Below, piece by piece: positions 18,848-28,793 of a stretch of DNA of 64,000 bases (position 1 is its first letter; each line of letters starts with the position of its first letter). The translations under genes and the position numbers were made by a program. A model generated the notes under the pieces. It did not search any database and was not told where the DNA came from. It saw only the letters and a list, made by a program, of their open reading frames with translations. The stretch is from contig CAVYSW010000010.1 in the NCBI GenBank assembly GCA_963771275.1, positions 64,001 through 128,000 on the forward strand, in the 5' to 3' direction. This DNA is from an uncultured Gemmatimonadales bacterium (GTDB lineage: Bacteria > Gemmatimonadota > Gemmatimonadetes > Gemmatimonadales > GWC2-71-9).

Positions 18848-20173
18848 TCACGCCGCGCGCGATCTCCCCCGCCGCACCCCCGCATACACCGGCACCCCGG
18901 CCAGCAGCAACACGCAGCCCCAGAACACCGTGTCTCCCCCTGAGCCGACGATGGCCCAGACCGAGTAGAGCAACGCCAGCAGCGCCACGGCGAGCGCGTT
19001 GGCGAGCTGCGCGCGGCTCAGCCGCTTCCGTTCCCTGAAGTGCATCAGCGCCAGCGCCGCGGTGGAGAACGCGTACGGCACCAGCGTCGTGAGCGTCGCC
19101 AGCAGGATGATGAACGTGAACTCGGCCACCAGGCCCTTGGTGAAGTTCATGCCGACGATCAGCGTCACGAGCACGCTCGAGATGACGAGTGACGCCACGG
19201 GCGTGCCGCGTGCGGACCGGCGGCCGAGCACCGGCGGCAGCACACCGTCCACCGCCGCCGCCAGCGGGAGCTGTCCCTGGAGCAGAATCCAGCCGTTGAG
19301 CGCGCCGAAGCACGAGATCGCCGCGCCGGCCGCGACCGCGTGCGCCGCCCACGGCCCCCACATGCTGCTCGCCGCGTCGGCGAACGGCGCGGTGGACGTC
19401 GCGAGCGTCGCGGACGGAATCACGCCCATCACCGCGACCGTGCCCAAAATGTAGACCGCCGCCGCGAGCACGGTGCCGAGTAGGGTCGCCCGTGGGATCG
19501 TGCGCTCGGGCCGCTCGACCTCGCCCGCGGGAATGGTCGCCGATTCCAGGCCGAGGAACGCCCACAGGGTGAGCGCCGCCGTGGCGGACACGGCGGACAG
19601 CGTGGAGCGCCCGCTCGGGTTGAACGGGGTGAAGTTGTCCCAGTGGATGAAGGCCAGGCCGATGGTGCCCACCGCGACGAGCGGCAGCAGCTTGAGCACG
19701 GTGGTGACCAGCTGCACGCCGCCCGCCTCGCGTACCCCCCGCGCGTTGACCCACGTGAGCAGCCAGATCGCCGCCAGCGCGGCGGCGGCACCCAGGGCCG
19801 GACTCGTCGCCAGCGGCCGCCAGAAGAAGCCCAGGTACCCCACCATGCCGACGGCGATCGCCGCGTTTCCCACACAGGTCGAGATCCAGTAGCCCCACGC
19901 CACCAGGAACCCGGCGAACTCGCCGAAGCCGGCCCGCGTGTACGCATACGGCCCGCCGGCCCTGGGGATCATGCGCGCGAGCCGCGCGAACGCTATCGCG
20001 AGGAGCACGGCGCCGGTCGACGTGAACAGCCAGCCGATGAGGCTGATGCCGCCGTACGGCCCGAGCGAGGCAGGGAGCAGGAAGACCCCCGACCCGATCA
20101 TGTTGCCCACCACCAGGGCCGTGGCCATCCACAGGCCGAGCTTGCGCGATGTGGTCGCGCTCGGGGTGGTCAC
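18848..20173 (-). CDS. APC-family amino acid/polyamine permease
   Basis: GNMIGSGVFLLP, GGPYAY, WAFLGLES, about 12 TM helices. Confidence 0.92.
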   Translation of the reverse strand: MTTPSATTSRKLGLWMATALVVGNMIGSGVFLLPASLGPYGGISLIGWLFTSTGAVLLAIAFARLARMIPRAGGPYAYTRAGFGEFAGFLVAWGYWISTCVGNAAIAVGMVGYLGFFWRPLATSPALGAAAALAAIWLLTWVNARGVREAGGVQLVTTVLKLLPLVAVGTIGLAFIHWDNFTPFNPSGRSTLSAVSATAALTLWAFLGLESATIPAGEVERPERTIPRATLLGTVLAAAVYILGTVAVMGVIPSATLATSTAPFADAASSMWGPWAAHAVAAGAAISCFGALNGWILLQGQLPLAAAVDGVLPPVLGRRSARGTPVASLVISSVLVTLIVGMNFTKGLVAEFTFIILLATLTTLVPYAFSTAALALMHFRERKRLSRAQLANALAVALLALLYSVWAIVGSGGDTVFWGCVLLLAGVPVYAGVRRGRSRAA

Positions 20174-20180
20174 GGGACGA

Positions 20181-21077
20181 TCACCGGGCGTGCGCCGCGC
20201 CGTCCACCAGGGCCCGCAGCGCGGCGATGTGCGCCGGCGTCGTGCCGCAGCAGCCGCCGATGATCGCGACACCGGCGTCGATCAGTCCGCGCGCCCTGTC
20301 GGCCATGAACGCGGGGGTCTCGTCGTACACGGTGGTGTCGCCCACCATGCGTGGCAGCCCCGCGTTGGGCTGGATGAGGAGCGGGAGCGGCGTGTGCCGG
20401 CGGAACTCCCGCGCGATCGCGACCATGTGCTCGATGCCCGTACCGCAGTTGGAGCCGATCACGTCGGCGCCGGCGTCTGCCAGGCCCGCCGCCGCGGCCG
20501 CGACGCTCACCCCCATGATCGTAAAGTAGCCCCGTGGCGTGGGATCGAACGTCATCGTGGCGAGCACCGGGATCGCCGCGGACACGTCCTTCGCCGCCCG
20601 GATGGCGAGCGTCGCCTCCGCGAGGTCCGTCATCGTCTCGATGCAGACGCAGTCCACGCCGGCCGCGATCAGCGCCGTCATCTGCCGGCGAAAGCCCTCA
20701 TACATGGCGTCCCGGGTCGTGTCGCCGTACGGCTCGAGCAATCGGCCGGACGGTCCGCACGATCCCGCGACGTAGGCCCGATCGCCCGCCACCCGGCGCA
20801 CGGCCGCGACGGCCGAGCGATTGAGCGTCTCCGTCTCGTGCTCCAGGCCGTGGAGCGCGAGCTTGAGCGGCGAGCCGCCGAACGTGTTGGTCTCGAGGAG
20901 GTCGGCCCCGGCGTCGAGGTAGAGCCGCGCGATCTCCTCCAGGACGCCGGGCCGCGACAGCGTGATCGTCTCGGGTGGCTGGCCGGGCTCGAGGCCGCGG
21001 GCCAGGAGCATCGTGCCCATCGCCCCGTCACCCACGAAGCGCTCGCCGGCGGCCAGACGCTCCAGCAGCGGCTGCAC
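20181..21077 (-). CDS. Homocysteine S-methyltransferase (stand-alone MetH Hcy-binding domain)
   Basis: DGAMGTML, ETNTFG, IETM, GSNC, PNAGLP, IGGCCGTTPAHI (Zn ligands). Confidence 0.92.
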   Translation of the reverse strand: MQPLLERLAAGERFVGDGAMGTMLLARGLEPGQPPETITLSRPGVLEEIARLYLDAGADLLETNTFGGSPLKLALHGLEHETETLNRSAVAAVRRVAGDRAYVAGSCGPSGRLLEPYGDTTRDAMYEGFRRQMTALIAAGVDCVCIETMTDLAEATLAIRAAKDVSAAIPVLATMTFDPTPRGYFTIMGVSVAAAAAGLADAGADVIGSNCGTGIEHMVAIAREFRRHTPLPLLIQPNAGLPRMVGDTTVYDETPAFMADRARGLIDAGVAIIGGCCGTTPAHIAALRALVDGAAHAR

Positions 21078-21078
21078 G

Positions 21079-21717
21079 TCAGCGCCGGCCCACGAGGTCC
21101 TTCACCACGTCTACCGCGTTCCCGGCATCGAACCCGTAGGCGTCGGCACCGATCGCGCGGGCGAACGCCTCCGTCACCGGCGCCCCGCCGACGATGGTGC
21201 GCACGGTGCCGTCGAGTCCCTCGCGCTTGAGCAGCTCGACCACCTCCCGCATGGCGGGCATCGTCGTCGTGAGCAGCGCCGACATCCCGATCACCGACGC
21301 GCCGTGCTCCCGCGCCGTCGCGACCATCTTGGCCGGCGCCACGTCATGGCCGAGGTCGATGACGTCGAAGCCCGCCCCCTTGAGCATGATGCCCACCAGG
21401 TTCTTGCCGATGTCGTGCAGATCCCCGCGCACCGACCCGATCACCACCTTGCCGAGCGCGGGGATCCCGTCGCGGATCAGCAGCGGCTTGAGCAGGTCCA
21501 TGCCGGCGTACATCGCGCGCGCCGCGAGCAGCACGTCGGGCAGGAAGATCTCGTGGTCCCGGAATCGGTCGCCCACCACCGTCATGCCGGCGATCAGCCC
21601 GTCGTCGAGGATCGTCTTGGGCGGGATCCCGTCAACGATGGCCCGGCTCGTGAGGTCGCCGGCGCGCGTATGGTCGCCGGCGATGATGGCAGCTGAAAGG
21701 TCGCTGAGGAGAGTCAT
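21079..21717 (-). CDS. Corrinoid (cobalamin-binding) protein
   Basis: Cap domain plus GDLHDIGKNLV, SALLTTTM and VGGAPV. Confidence 0.94.
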   Translation of the reverse strand: MTLLSDLSAAIIAGDHTRAGDLTSRAIVDGIPPKTILDDGLIAGMTVVGDRFRDHEIFLPDVLLAARAMYAGMDLLKPLLIRDGIPALGKVVIGSVRGDLHDIGKNLVGIMLKGAGFDVIDLGHDVAPAKMVATAREHGASVIGMSALLTTTMPAMREVVELLKREGLDGTVRTIVGGAPVTEAFARAIGADAYGFDAGNAVDVVKDLVGRR

Positions 21718-21723
21718 GGGGCT

Positions 21724-21851
21724 CCGTTAGCCGTTGGCCGTTAGCCGTTGGCCGTTAGCCGATGACCGATTGCCGATTGCCGATTGCCGTTCGCGACCTG
21801 CGATTGCGAACCGATACCCATCGGCTAGCGGCCATCGGTATTCGGCTATCG
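21724..21851. repeat. Heptamer arrays in inverted arrangement (CCGWTRG about x10, then ATCGGCT-like x4)
   Basis: Read directly. The two halves are reverse complements of the same family and could pair. Confidence 0.85.
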
Positions 21852-22565
21852 TCTCGACAGCGCCAGCGCCCTGAGTCGCTCGCGGCACGTCTTGGTCTCG
21901 CACCGACCGCAGAAGTCGTAGGTCGGCGGGAACCGGTGGATGGCGCGCGGCCCGGCGAGGATCACGCCGGAAACCGACTTGAGCGGCTGCATCAGGCAGC
22001 TCTCCGTGAGCGTGAGGCCGACGACCTCGGGCCGGAGGTGGGCGAACAGCCGCTTCTGGCCCGTGACGTCCCACCCGCAGTATCCCGGACTGTAGCGCAG
22101 CGCCGCCCCATCGGGGGTCGTCCAGCCGCGGTCGCGCAGCGTGCCTTCGAACCGGCGCTCGGCGACGTCGGCGGCCGCGTCTGCCGCGACCGACGCCATC
22201 GCGTCCAGCATGTACGCCAGCGCGAAGTCCTGCGCCGCGAACCGCTCACTCAGGGTCTCGGTCACGCGCGGCCCCAGGGTCACGGCGAACAACGCCAGAT
22301 GCTCCGCCCGCGGGAAGATGTCGGCGACCGGCGAGTCGGGCTCGTTCCTGCCCTCGCCCCGGTACACGGCCTCGAACTCGGCGGGCGTGACGTCCGCGAG
22401 CACCCCGGCGGGTGCCACGCTCTCGGCGAACAACTCCGCGGCCGCCCCATAGAGCCGCTCGATCCGGTCGGAGACGTCGGCGCCGGCCGGGATGCCCACC
22501 TGCCGGAGCACCTCGCTCCGATCTGGGGCGATGTCGGCCTGCGCCAGCTCGACGATGGCGCTCAC
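21846..22565 (-). CDS. Stand-alone B12 methionine synthase reactivation-domain protein
   Basis: LFAVTLG, RYSPGYCGW..GQ, GLTLTESCLMQPLKSVSG, C-terminal CxxCxxxxC. Confidence 0.85.
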   Translation of the reverse strand: MSAIVELAQADIAPDRSEVLRQVGIPAGADVSDRIERLYGAAAELFAESVAPAGVLADVTPAEFEAVYRGEGRNEPDSPVADIFPRAEHLALFAVTLGPRVTETLSERFAAQDFALAYMLDAMASVAADAAADVAERRFEGTLRDRGWTTPDGAALRYSPGYCGWDVTGQKRLFAHLRPEVVGLTLTESCLMQPLKSVSGVILAGPRAIHRFPPTYDFCGRCETKTCRERLRALALSRR

Positions 22566-24022
22566 GCGGGCCGGTACGGGAGGTGGTCCATCCCCCAACG
22601 CTGCGCCTCGCGGGTCATCAGGCGCGTGAGCTCGGCCTTCACGTCGTCGCCCAGGGCCGACGGCTGATAGGCAGCGAGCAGCCGCTCCACCTCGCGGTGC
22701 GCCCGCTGGCCGAGCGTGAAGCCCCCCTCCGCCTGCCAGCGAGAGCGGTTTGCCCGGTCGATCGCGGGGCCCGGAAAGTAGTGCTCGGTCTTGAGGTAAC
22801 GCCGCGTGTGATCCGCGATCAGCAGGTGCTTGTCCCTCATCAACTCCTCGAACCGGGGCAGGGCCGGGAAGTCGTCTCGCGGCTCCACGCCGCGCACCAG
22901 CCGCTGCACCATGCCGCAGATCTCGTTGTCGACCACGAGCTTCTCGAGGGAGAGACAGCTCTCGAAGTCGAGCATGCCGGGACCGGACACGCTGTTCACG
23001 CCCGCCAGTGCCGCCAGCGTCGCTCCCATCGACGACTCGAGGCCGGCCTGCGCGTCCAATAGCTTGGCGTCGCTCAGGCCCATGTACGCCTGCGTCGGCA
23101 GACCCAGAAACCTGCCGATCTCGCAGTAGGCGCATTCGATCATCATGGTCTCGACCGCGCCCATTGGGGTCGTCTCATAGCGGATGTCGAACGCGGCGGG
23201 CGAGCCGCCGTACAGCGCGGGGGTGCCCGGGTTGGTGAGCTGGCTGATCACGATGCCGCTCAGCGTCTCGGCCGTGTGCTGCACCAGCGAGCCCACCAGC
23301 GTCACCGGCGCCACGAACCCGCTGAGCGGCATCGAGACGTACTCGACGGGGATCGAGTGCCGCGCGCAGTCCACCACGTTCTGCGAGGTGACGTCGCTCC
23401 AGGTGAGCGGCGCCGTGGGGCAGCAAGAGAAGATGGTAAGCGGCTTCTCCTTGAGCGCCGCCGCGCTGCCGCGCACGGCGAGCTGGAGGTCGCGCATCAC
23501 GTTGAAGGCGTCGATCGTGAACGCGCCCGTCACGACCGGCTTCTGGCCCAGCATCAGGCTCAGGTACAGCCGGAAGCTGTCGGAGATGTTCTGGTGCACG
23601 TCGCCCGGCACGAGGGCGGTGCTCTGGAAGTCGAGGTGGTCGAGCCGGGACGTGAGCTTCGCGTACGCGACGTAGTCGTCGGTCGTCGGCGGCCGCGTCG
23701 CGTGCGCGTCGTGATCGAGCACGTAGATCGCCGCCGAGCCGGGCGTGAAGTGCACCCGGTCGCCGGACAGGTCGTACGCCGTCGTGCCGAGCGCGTCGTA
23801 CAGCCGGAAGCCGTGCGGCGCCGTGCGGAGCGCCTGGTCCACGATGCCGTCGATGAGGAAGGCGCGGTGGGTGGCGGCGTCAACGCGGGCGCCGTGGTCC
23901 GCCAGCATGGACAGAATGCCGGGATTGTGGATCTCGACGCCCAGCTGCTGCAGCACCGTCCGCGCCTCGGCGACGATGCGCCGCACGAGATCAGGACCGA
24001 GGAACTGGACGACGGGTCGCAT
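22562..24022 (-). CDS. MttB-superfamily (trimethylamine/quaternary amine:corrinoid) methyltransferase, non-pyrrolysine type
   Basis: APVTLVGSLVQHTAETLSG, YMGLSDAKLLDAQAGLES, GPGMLDFE, EKLVVDNEI. No in-frame TAG. Confidence 0.9.
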   Translation of the reverse strand: MRPVVQFLGPDLVRRIVAEARTVLQQLGVEIHNPGILSMLADHGARVDAATHRAFLIDGIVDQALRTAPHGFRLYDALGTTAYDLSGDRVHFTPGSAAIYVLDHDAHATRPPTTDDYVAYAKLTSRLDHLDFQSTALVPGDVHQNISDSFRLYLSLMLGQKPVVTGAFTIDAFNVMRDLQLAVRGSAAALKEKPLTIFSCCPTAPLTWSDVTSQNVVDCARHSIPVEYVSMPLSGFVAPVTLVGSLVQHTAETLSGIVISQLTNPGTPALYGGSPAAFDIRYETTPMGAVETMMIECAYCEIGRFLGLPTQAYMGLSDAKLLDAQAGLESSMGATLAALAGVNSVSGPGMLDFESCLSLEKLVVDNEICGMVQRLVRGVEPRDDFPALPRFEELMRDKHLLIADHTRRYLKTEHYFPGPAIDRANRSRWQAEGGFTLGQRAHREVERLLAAYQPSALGDDVKAELTRLMTREAQRWGMDHLPYRPA

Positions 24023-24055
24023 AGTGCACTCCTTGGGACCCCAAGCTAGCCTGCC

Positions 24056-24084
24056 CGCTGCACGCTGTACGCTACGCGCTGCCC
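24056..24084 (-). repeat. Heptamer array, inverted near-copy of 9618-9652
   Basis: Reverse complement GGGCAGCGCGTAGCGTACAGCGTGCAGCG versus GGGCAGCGTGTAGCGTGTAGCGTACAGCGTGCAGC. Confidence 0.75.
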
Positions 24085-24287
24085 GCCGGCCGCGCCGCGA
24101 GTATGCGCAGCACGTTGAACACCCCGACGACGACGTTCTCGAGCCAGAACAGCAGGAGCAGCGCAAACACCTGCCAGCCGAGCCAGAGGACCCCGACGAC
24201 CGGGATGAGGTTCGCCGCCGTCAGCGCCAGGACCGACGGCACGAGGGGCCGCGGAATCGGCCGCTGCCACAGGCTGCGTGCGAGCAG

Positions 24288-26574
24288 CTAGCGTCCCCGG
24301 AAGCTGGTGTTCATCAGCATGCGTTGCGCGAAGTCGCTCGAGACTTTCGCGAGCCGCGCCTCCTCCGGCTTCGTGCTGTCCGCCACCTGCTTCAGGATCT
24401 CGCCGAACAGGGCGTACGTCACGTAGTACAGCGTGAGGATGTTCTCCGACGGCGTGTCGATCCAGCCGCGCGGGCGCGCGCGGGCGGCGCTCTCGGGATG
24501 GTACACGTCGAACAGCAGCTCCTCGGAGCGCTTGAGATCGACCCACCCCAGCGGCTGGATGTACGTGACGCTGTCGCTCTCGGTGACCGGCCTGGGCATG
24601 AGCCGGCGCGCGAAGCCCTGGCTGACGAGGTACTGCGTCAGGCCGAGCTGATCTCCGGTGCCCCCGGTGGTGCGGGCGAAGTAGATCGGCCGTGTGCCGA
24701 GGTTGTCGCGGATCAGCATCAGGGTGACCAGGATCTGCCGCTCGTACACGCCGGGCGCGAGCGTCGCGGTCACGTCGCCGAACCGGAACGAGCTGCGGCG
24801 GTCGATCTGGAACACGAGTGGGAGCGAGTCCACCCCGGCCATGCTGAGGTTGAGGACCGGCTTGGTCGGAGCCGCGACGGTTCGTGCCGCGCCACGGGCC
24901 GACCGCGTGCTCGACGTCGAACGGATAGACCGGGCGCCGCAGGATCTGCCGGACGTGCCAATCGGTGTTCATCAGCGATTGGTTCACCAGCACGACGTCG
25001 CGCCGGATGCCCTCCACCTCCTGCGCATGCCACAGCGGGAACAGGTCGTTGTCGCCGGCGGTGATCAAGATCGCGTAGGGTGCCACCGATTGCAGCATGT
25101 CGTACGCGAAGTCCCGGGCCAGGGTCTCGCCGGCGCGCGACGCGGTGAGCCGGTTGCCGGCGAGGGGCACCACCGCGAGCAGCAGGACCGGAGCGGCGCC
25201 GAGCCAGGCGGCCCGCGGCGTGAGGCGCGTCCGCAGCGTCTGCTGCAGGCTCGCGAACAGTGCGCCCAGCCCGAGCGCCACCCACACGCCCCACAGCAGG
25301 AACGAGACGATGTAGAAGTAGTCCCGCTCGCGCACCTCGTGGTCGAGGCCCTGCTCGTTGGGCCGGATCGAGAAGCCGTACTTGAAATTGAGGTAGAAGA
25401 TCAGCAGCAGCGTCACCGTGAACATGAGGCCCGTCATCGCCAGCGCCGCGCGCCGGTCCTTGCGCCACTGCACGATCATGCCGGACAGCCCCAGAGCGCC
25501 GAACACCACGGCGAGGCCCCGCCGGACCGGCTCGCCCCAGTCGCGACCGAACTGCCACCCGAAGTACTGCAGGTAGTTCTGGAGCTGCGACGGGAAGTCC
25601 GCCATGCGGTGCGTCACCGGCGGCTTCTGGTACTGCTCGCGCGCCAGGACCGACCACAGGGCCAGCCAGTTGGTGGGCTCGCCCTCGTTGATCGCCGGGA
25701 ACTGCGCCGCCCGGATCGGCAGGAACGTGACGTTCAGCGAGATGCCGATGACGACCGCGAGGATCGCCAGGTAGAGCGCCGGCTGCCGGAATTCCACCGG
25801 CTCGCGCCACGCCACGTAGGCGAAGGCCCCCACCACGAGCAGTATCACCAGCGCCCGCGCCGCCGCCGGCCCGTTGATCACCAGGGCCCACTGGTTGGAG
25901 ACCGCGAGCGCGAGCAGCAGGCCGAGCAGCACCACCCACGGCCGCAGCACCTGGCGCCAGTCGGTCGCCAGGACGTACAGGCCCACGGCCGGGGCCACCA
26001 GCACGCCCATCATGTGGTTGGTCGAGGTGAGCGCCAGGAAATACGCGATCAGGATCAGCAGCCCGTCGCGGTGCTCGCCCTCCGTGAGGTCGCCCCAGCG
26101 CACGGTGAGCCAGAGAATCAGCGCGATCGAGCACAGGCTCACCGTGTACACCTTCTCGTTCACCACCGACTGGTTCCACACGGTGAACGCCGTCGCGCCC
26201 ACCAGAACGCCCGCGAACGCCACCGCGATCCGCGGCCAGCGCTCGGCGATCACCGGCCGCAGCCAGCGCTCGATCACGAGGAACAGGAATCCCGACCCGA
26301 GCGCGCTCATCACGGCGCTGAACAGGTTGATCCGGAGCGCGTAGCTCGCGCCCAGCGGCAGGTAGCCCCACACGTGCGCCATGATGACGAACAGCGGGTT
26401 GCCGGGCGGATGCGGGATCCCCAGTCCCTTGGCGGCCGCGATGTACTCCGACGTGTCCCAGAACTGGGTGGTCGGCGCGACCGTGAGGACGTAGATCGTG
26501 AGCACGACAGCCGTCGTGAGGGCGGCGAGGCCGTACGGTGGCCGGTCGGTCGAAGCGGGACGCGTCGTCGTCAT
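24288..26574 (-). CDS. DUF2723 (TMEM260-like GT-C) membrane protein, with a +1 frameshift near 24880
   Basis: FWDTSEYI..LGIPHPPGNPL, EKVY, HEVRERDYFY, GDNDLFPLW. The C-terminus continues in the frame of 24288..24842. Confidence 0.85.
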
Positions 26575-26585
26575 TGGACCTGGGG

Positions 26586-28121
26586 TTAGTGTCGGAATTG
26601 CCGGCGACCGGTGATCACCATGGCGATGTCGCGGGCGTCGGCGGCCGCGATCACTTCCGGGTCGCGCACCGAGCCGCCCGGCTGGATGATGGCCCGGACG
26701 CCGGCCTGGGCGGCCTCTTCCACCCCGTCGGGGAACGGGAAGAACGCGTCGGAGGCGAGCACGGCCCCCGCCGTATCGTGGCCGGCCTGCCGCGCCTTGT
26801 GCACGGCGAGGAACGAGGCGTCCACCCGGCTCATCTGCCCGGCCCCGATGCCCAGCGCCGCCTCGTCGCGGGCGAGCAGGATGGCGTTCGACTTGACGCT
26901 GGCGATGGCCGCCCAGGCGAACCGCAGGTCCCGCCATTCCGTCTCGTCGGGCCGGCGCTTCGTCGCCACCGTCCACTGCGACTCGTCCGCCAGGAAGCGG
27001 AACCGGTCCTGCACGAGCATGCCGCCCCGCACCCGCTTGAAGTCGAGCGCGGCGGCGGCCATGCTGCCGAGCGGCAGCTCGATCACGCGCAGGTTCTTCT
27101 TCCTGCGGAAGATCTCGAGCGCGTCGGCGCGGATGTGCGGCGCCACCACCAGCTCGACGAACAGCTCGTGCATCGCCTGGGCGGTCTCGGCATCCACCAC
27201 CGTGTTGAAGGCGATCACCGAGCCGAACGCCGACTGGGGATCCGTCGCCAGCGCCCGCCGGTACGCCTCGGCCGCCGTCTTGGCGAGGGCGATGCCGCAT
27301 GGCGTGGTGTGCTTGAGAATGGCGCACACCGGCCGGTCGGGCCACGGCTCGATCGCGAGCAGCGCGCCCTCGAGGTCGAGCAAATTGTTGAACGACAGCT
27401 CCTTGCCGTGGAGCTGCCTGAGGTCGGCGACGCCCGTCGACTCGCCGGTGCGGTACAGCGCCGCGCGCTGCGCGGGGTTCTCGCCGTAGCGGAGCGGCAT
27501 CACGCGCGTGAGCGGCACCGAGAGATACGGCGGCAGCGCGTCGCCGTCGCCCGCGCCGAGATACCCCGCGATCGCGCCGTCGTACCCCGCGGTGTGGAGG
27601 AACACCTTCGTGGCCAGGTCGCGGCGCAGGCCGGGCTCGACCGCGCCGGCGTCCAGCGCCGCGATCACCCGGCGATAGTCGGCCGGGTCGGTGATCACCA
27701 GCACGGACGCGTGGTTCTTGGCCGCCGAGCGCAGCATGCTCGGCCCGCCGATGTCGATCTGCTCGATCGCCTCCTCGAGCGTCACGCCGGGCTTCGCGAT
27801 CGTCTCGCGGAACGGATAGAGGTTCACGACCACGAGATCGATCGGCGTGATGCCGTGCTGCCGGAGCGCCGTCATGTGGGCCGGCACGTCACGCCGCGCG
27901 AGCAGGCCGCCGTGCACCGCGGGATGCAGGGTCTTCACGCGCCCGTCCAGCATTTCCGGGAACCCGGTCACCTGCTCGATCGGGATCACGCCGACGCCCG
28001 CGTCGGCCAGCAGCCTGGCCGTGCCGCCGGTCGAGACGATCTCCCACCCGCGCCCGGCGAGGTCCCGGGCGAACTCCACGATGCCCGACTTGTCGTATAC
28101 CGAGATCAGTGCGCGAGGCAC
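26586..28121 (-). CDS. purH: Bifunctional AICAR transformylase/IMP cyclohydrolase
   Basis: RALISVYDK, GRVKTLHP, DIGGPSMLRSAAKN, RYGENP, SDAFFPF, IQPGGSVRD. Confidence 0.97.
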   Translation of the reverse strand: MPRALISVYDKSGIVEFARDLAGRGWEIVSTGGTARLLADAGVGVIPIEQVTGFPEMLDGRVKTLHPAVHGGLLARRDVPAHMTALRQHGITPIDLVVVNLYPFRETIAKPGVTLEEAIEQIDIGGPSMLRSAAKNHASVLVITDPADYRRVIAALDAGAVEPGLRRDLATKVFLHTAGYDGAIAGYLGAGDGDALPPYLSVPLTRVMPLRYGENPAQRAALYRTGESTGVADLRQLHGKELSFNNLLDLEGALLAIEPWPDRPVCAILKHTTPCGIALAKTAAEAYRRALATDPQSAFGSVIAFNTVVDAETAQAMHELFVELVVAPHIRADALEIFRRKKNLRVIELPLGSMAAAALDFKRVRGGMLVQDRFRFLADESQWTVATKRRPDETEWRDLRFAWAAIASVKSNAILLARDEAALGIGAGQMSRVDASFLAVHKARQAGHDTAGAVLASDAFFPFPDGVEEAAQAGVRAIIQPGGSVRDPEVIAAADARDIAMVITGRRQFRH

Positions 28122-28130
28122 GATGTCCCC

Positions 28131-28793
28131 CTACGAAGCCCGCGGCGCGCGCGCGATCAGCTGGTCGCCGAGCGGGGCCGCCGCGTCAGTGGTCAGGAAG
28201 CTGCTGCCGGCGCTCACGAGCGGAACGGGCCGGCCGGCGCGCGCCGCCGCCAGCACCACCGCCGGCAGAATCTGGTGCTCGACCGCGAGCACCCGATCGC
28301 GCAGCGCCTCGGGCGTGTCACCCGCCAGCACCGGCACCGGCCATTGCGCGAGGATCGGCCCGCGATCGTACTCGGCCGTCACCAGGTGCACCGACGGGCC
28401 CGAGATCGTGGCGCCGGACGCGAGCACCGCCCGATGCACCCGCATGCCGTACATCCCGTGCCCGCCGAACGACGGCAGCAGGGCGGGGTGGATGTTGATC
28501 ATGCGGCCGGCGTACGCCTCCACCACGTCCCGCGGCACGAGCTTGAGGTACCCGGCGAGCACGACGAGGTCCACCCGCTCGGCCGCGAGCGCCGCCAGCA
28601 GGGCCGGCCCGTCCGCCGGGTCGGCGATCCGGTGGGTCGCCACCCCGGCGCGCTCGGCCCGCGCGAATGAGCCGGCCTCCGGCGCGTTGCTCGCCACCAG
28701 CACGACGTCGGCCGCCGCCGGCGGCCGGCAGGCATCGAGCAGGGATTGCAGATCGGTTCCGGATCCCGACGCCAGCACCGCCACGCGCATCAC
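28131..28793 (-). CDS. purN: Phosphoribosylglycinamide formyltransferase
   Basis: VLASGSGTDLQ, LAGYLKL, INIHPALLPSFGG, YDRGPI. Confidence 0.95.
   Translation of the reverse strand: MMRVAVLASGSGTDLQSLLDACRPPAAADVVLVASNAPEAGSFARAERAGVATHRIADPADGPALLAALAAERVDLVVLAGYLKLVPRDVVEAYAGRMINIHPALLPSFGGHGMYGMRVHRAVLASGATISGPSVHLVTAEYDRGPILAQWPVPVLAGDTPEALRDRVLAVEHQILPAVVLAAARAGRPVPLVSAGSSFLTTDAAAPLGDQLIARAPRAS

Noticed and set aside
21724..21851. Possible CRISPR array
   Set aside because: Contiguous 7-bp units without spacers, and no cas genes in the window.
22562..24022. Pyrrolysine-containing MttB
   Set aside because: No in-frame TAG, Leu at the equivalent position, and no pyl genes.
24046..27345. 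1099-aa ORF suggesting a fusion across purH
   Set aside because: The first part is an off-frame shadow of purH. The DUF2723 gene starts at 26574 and its tail is frameshifted.
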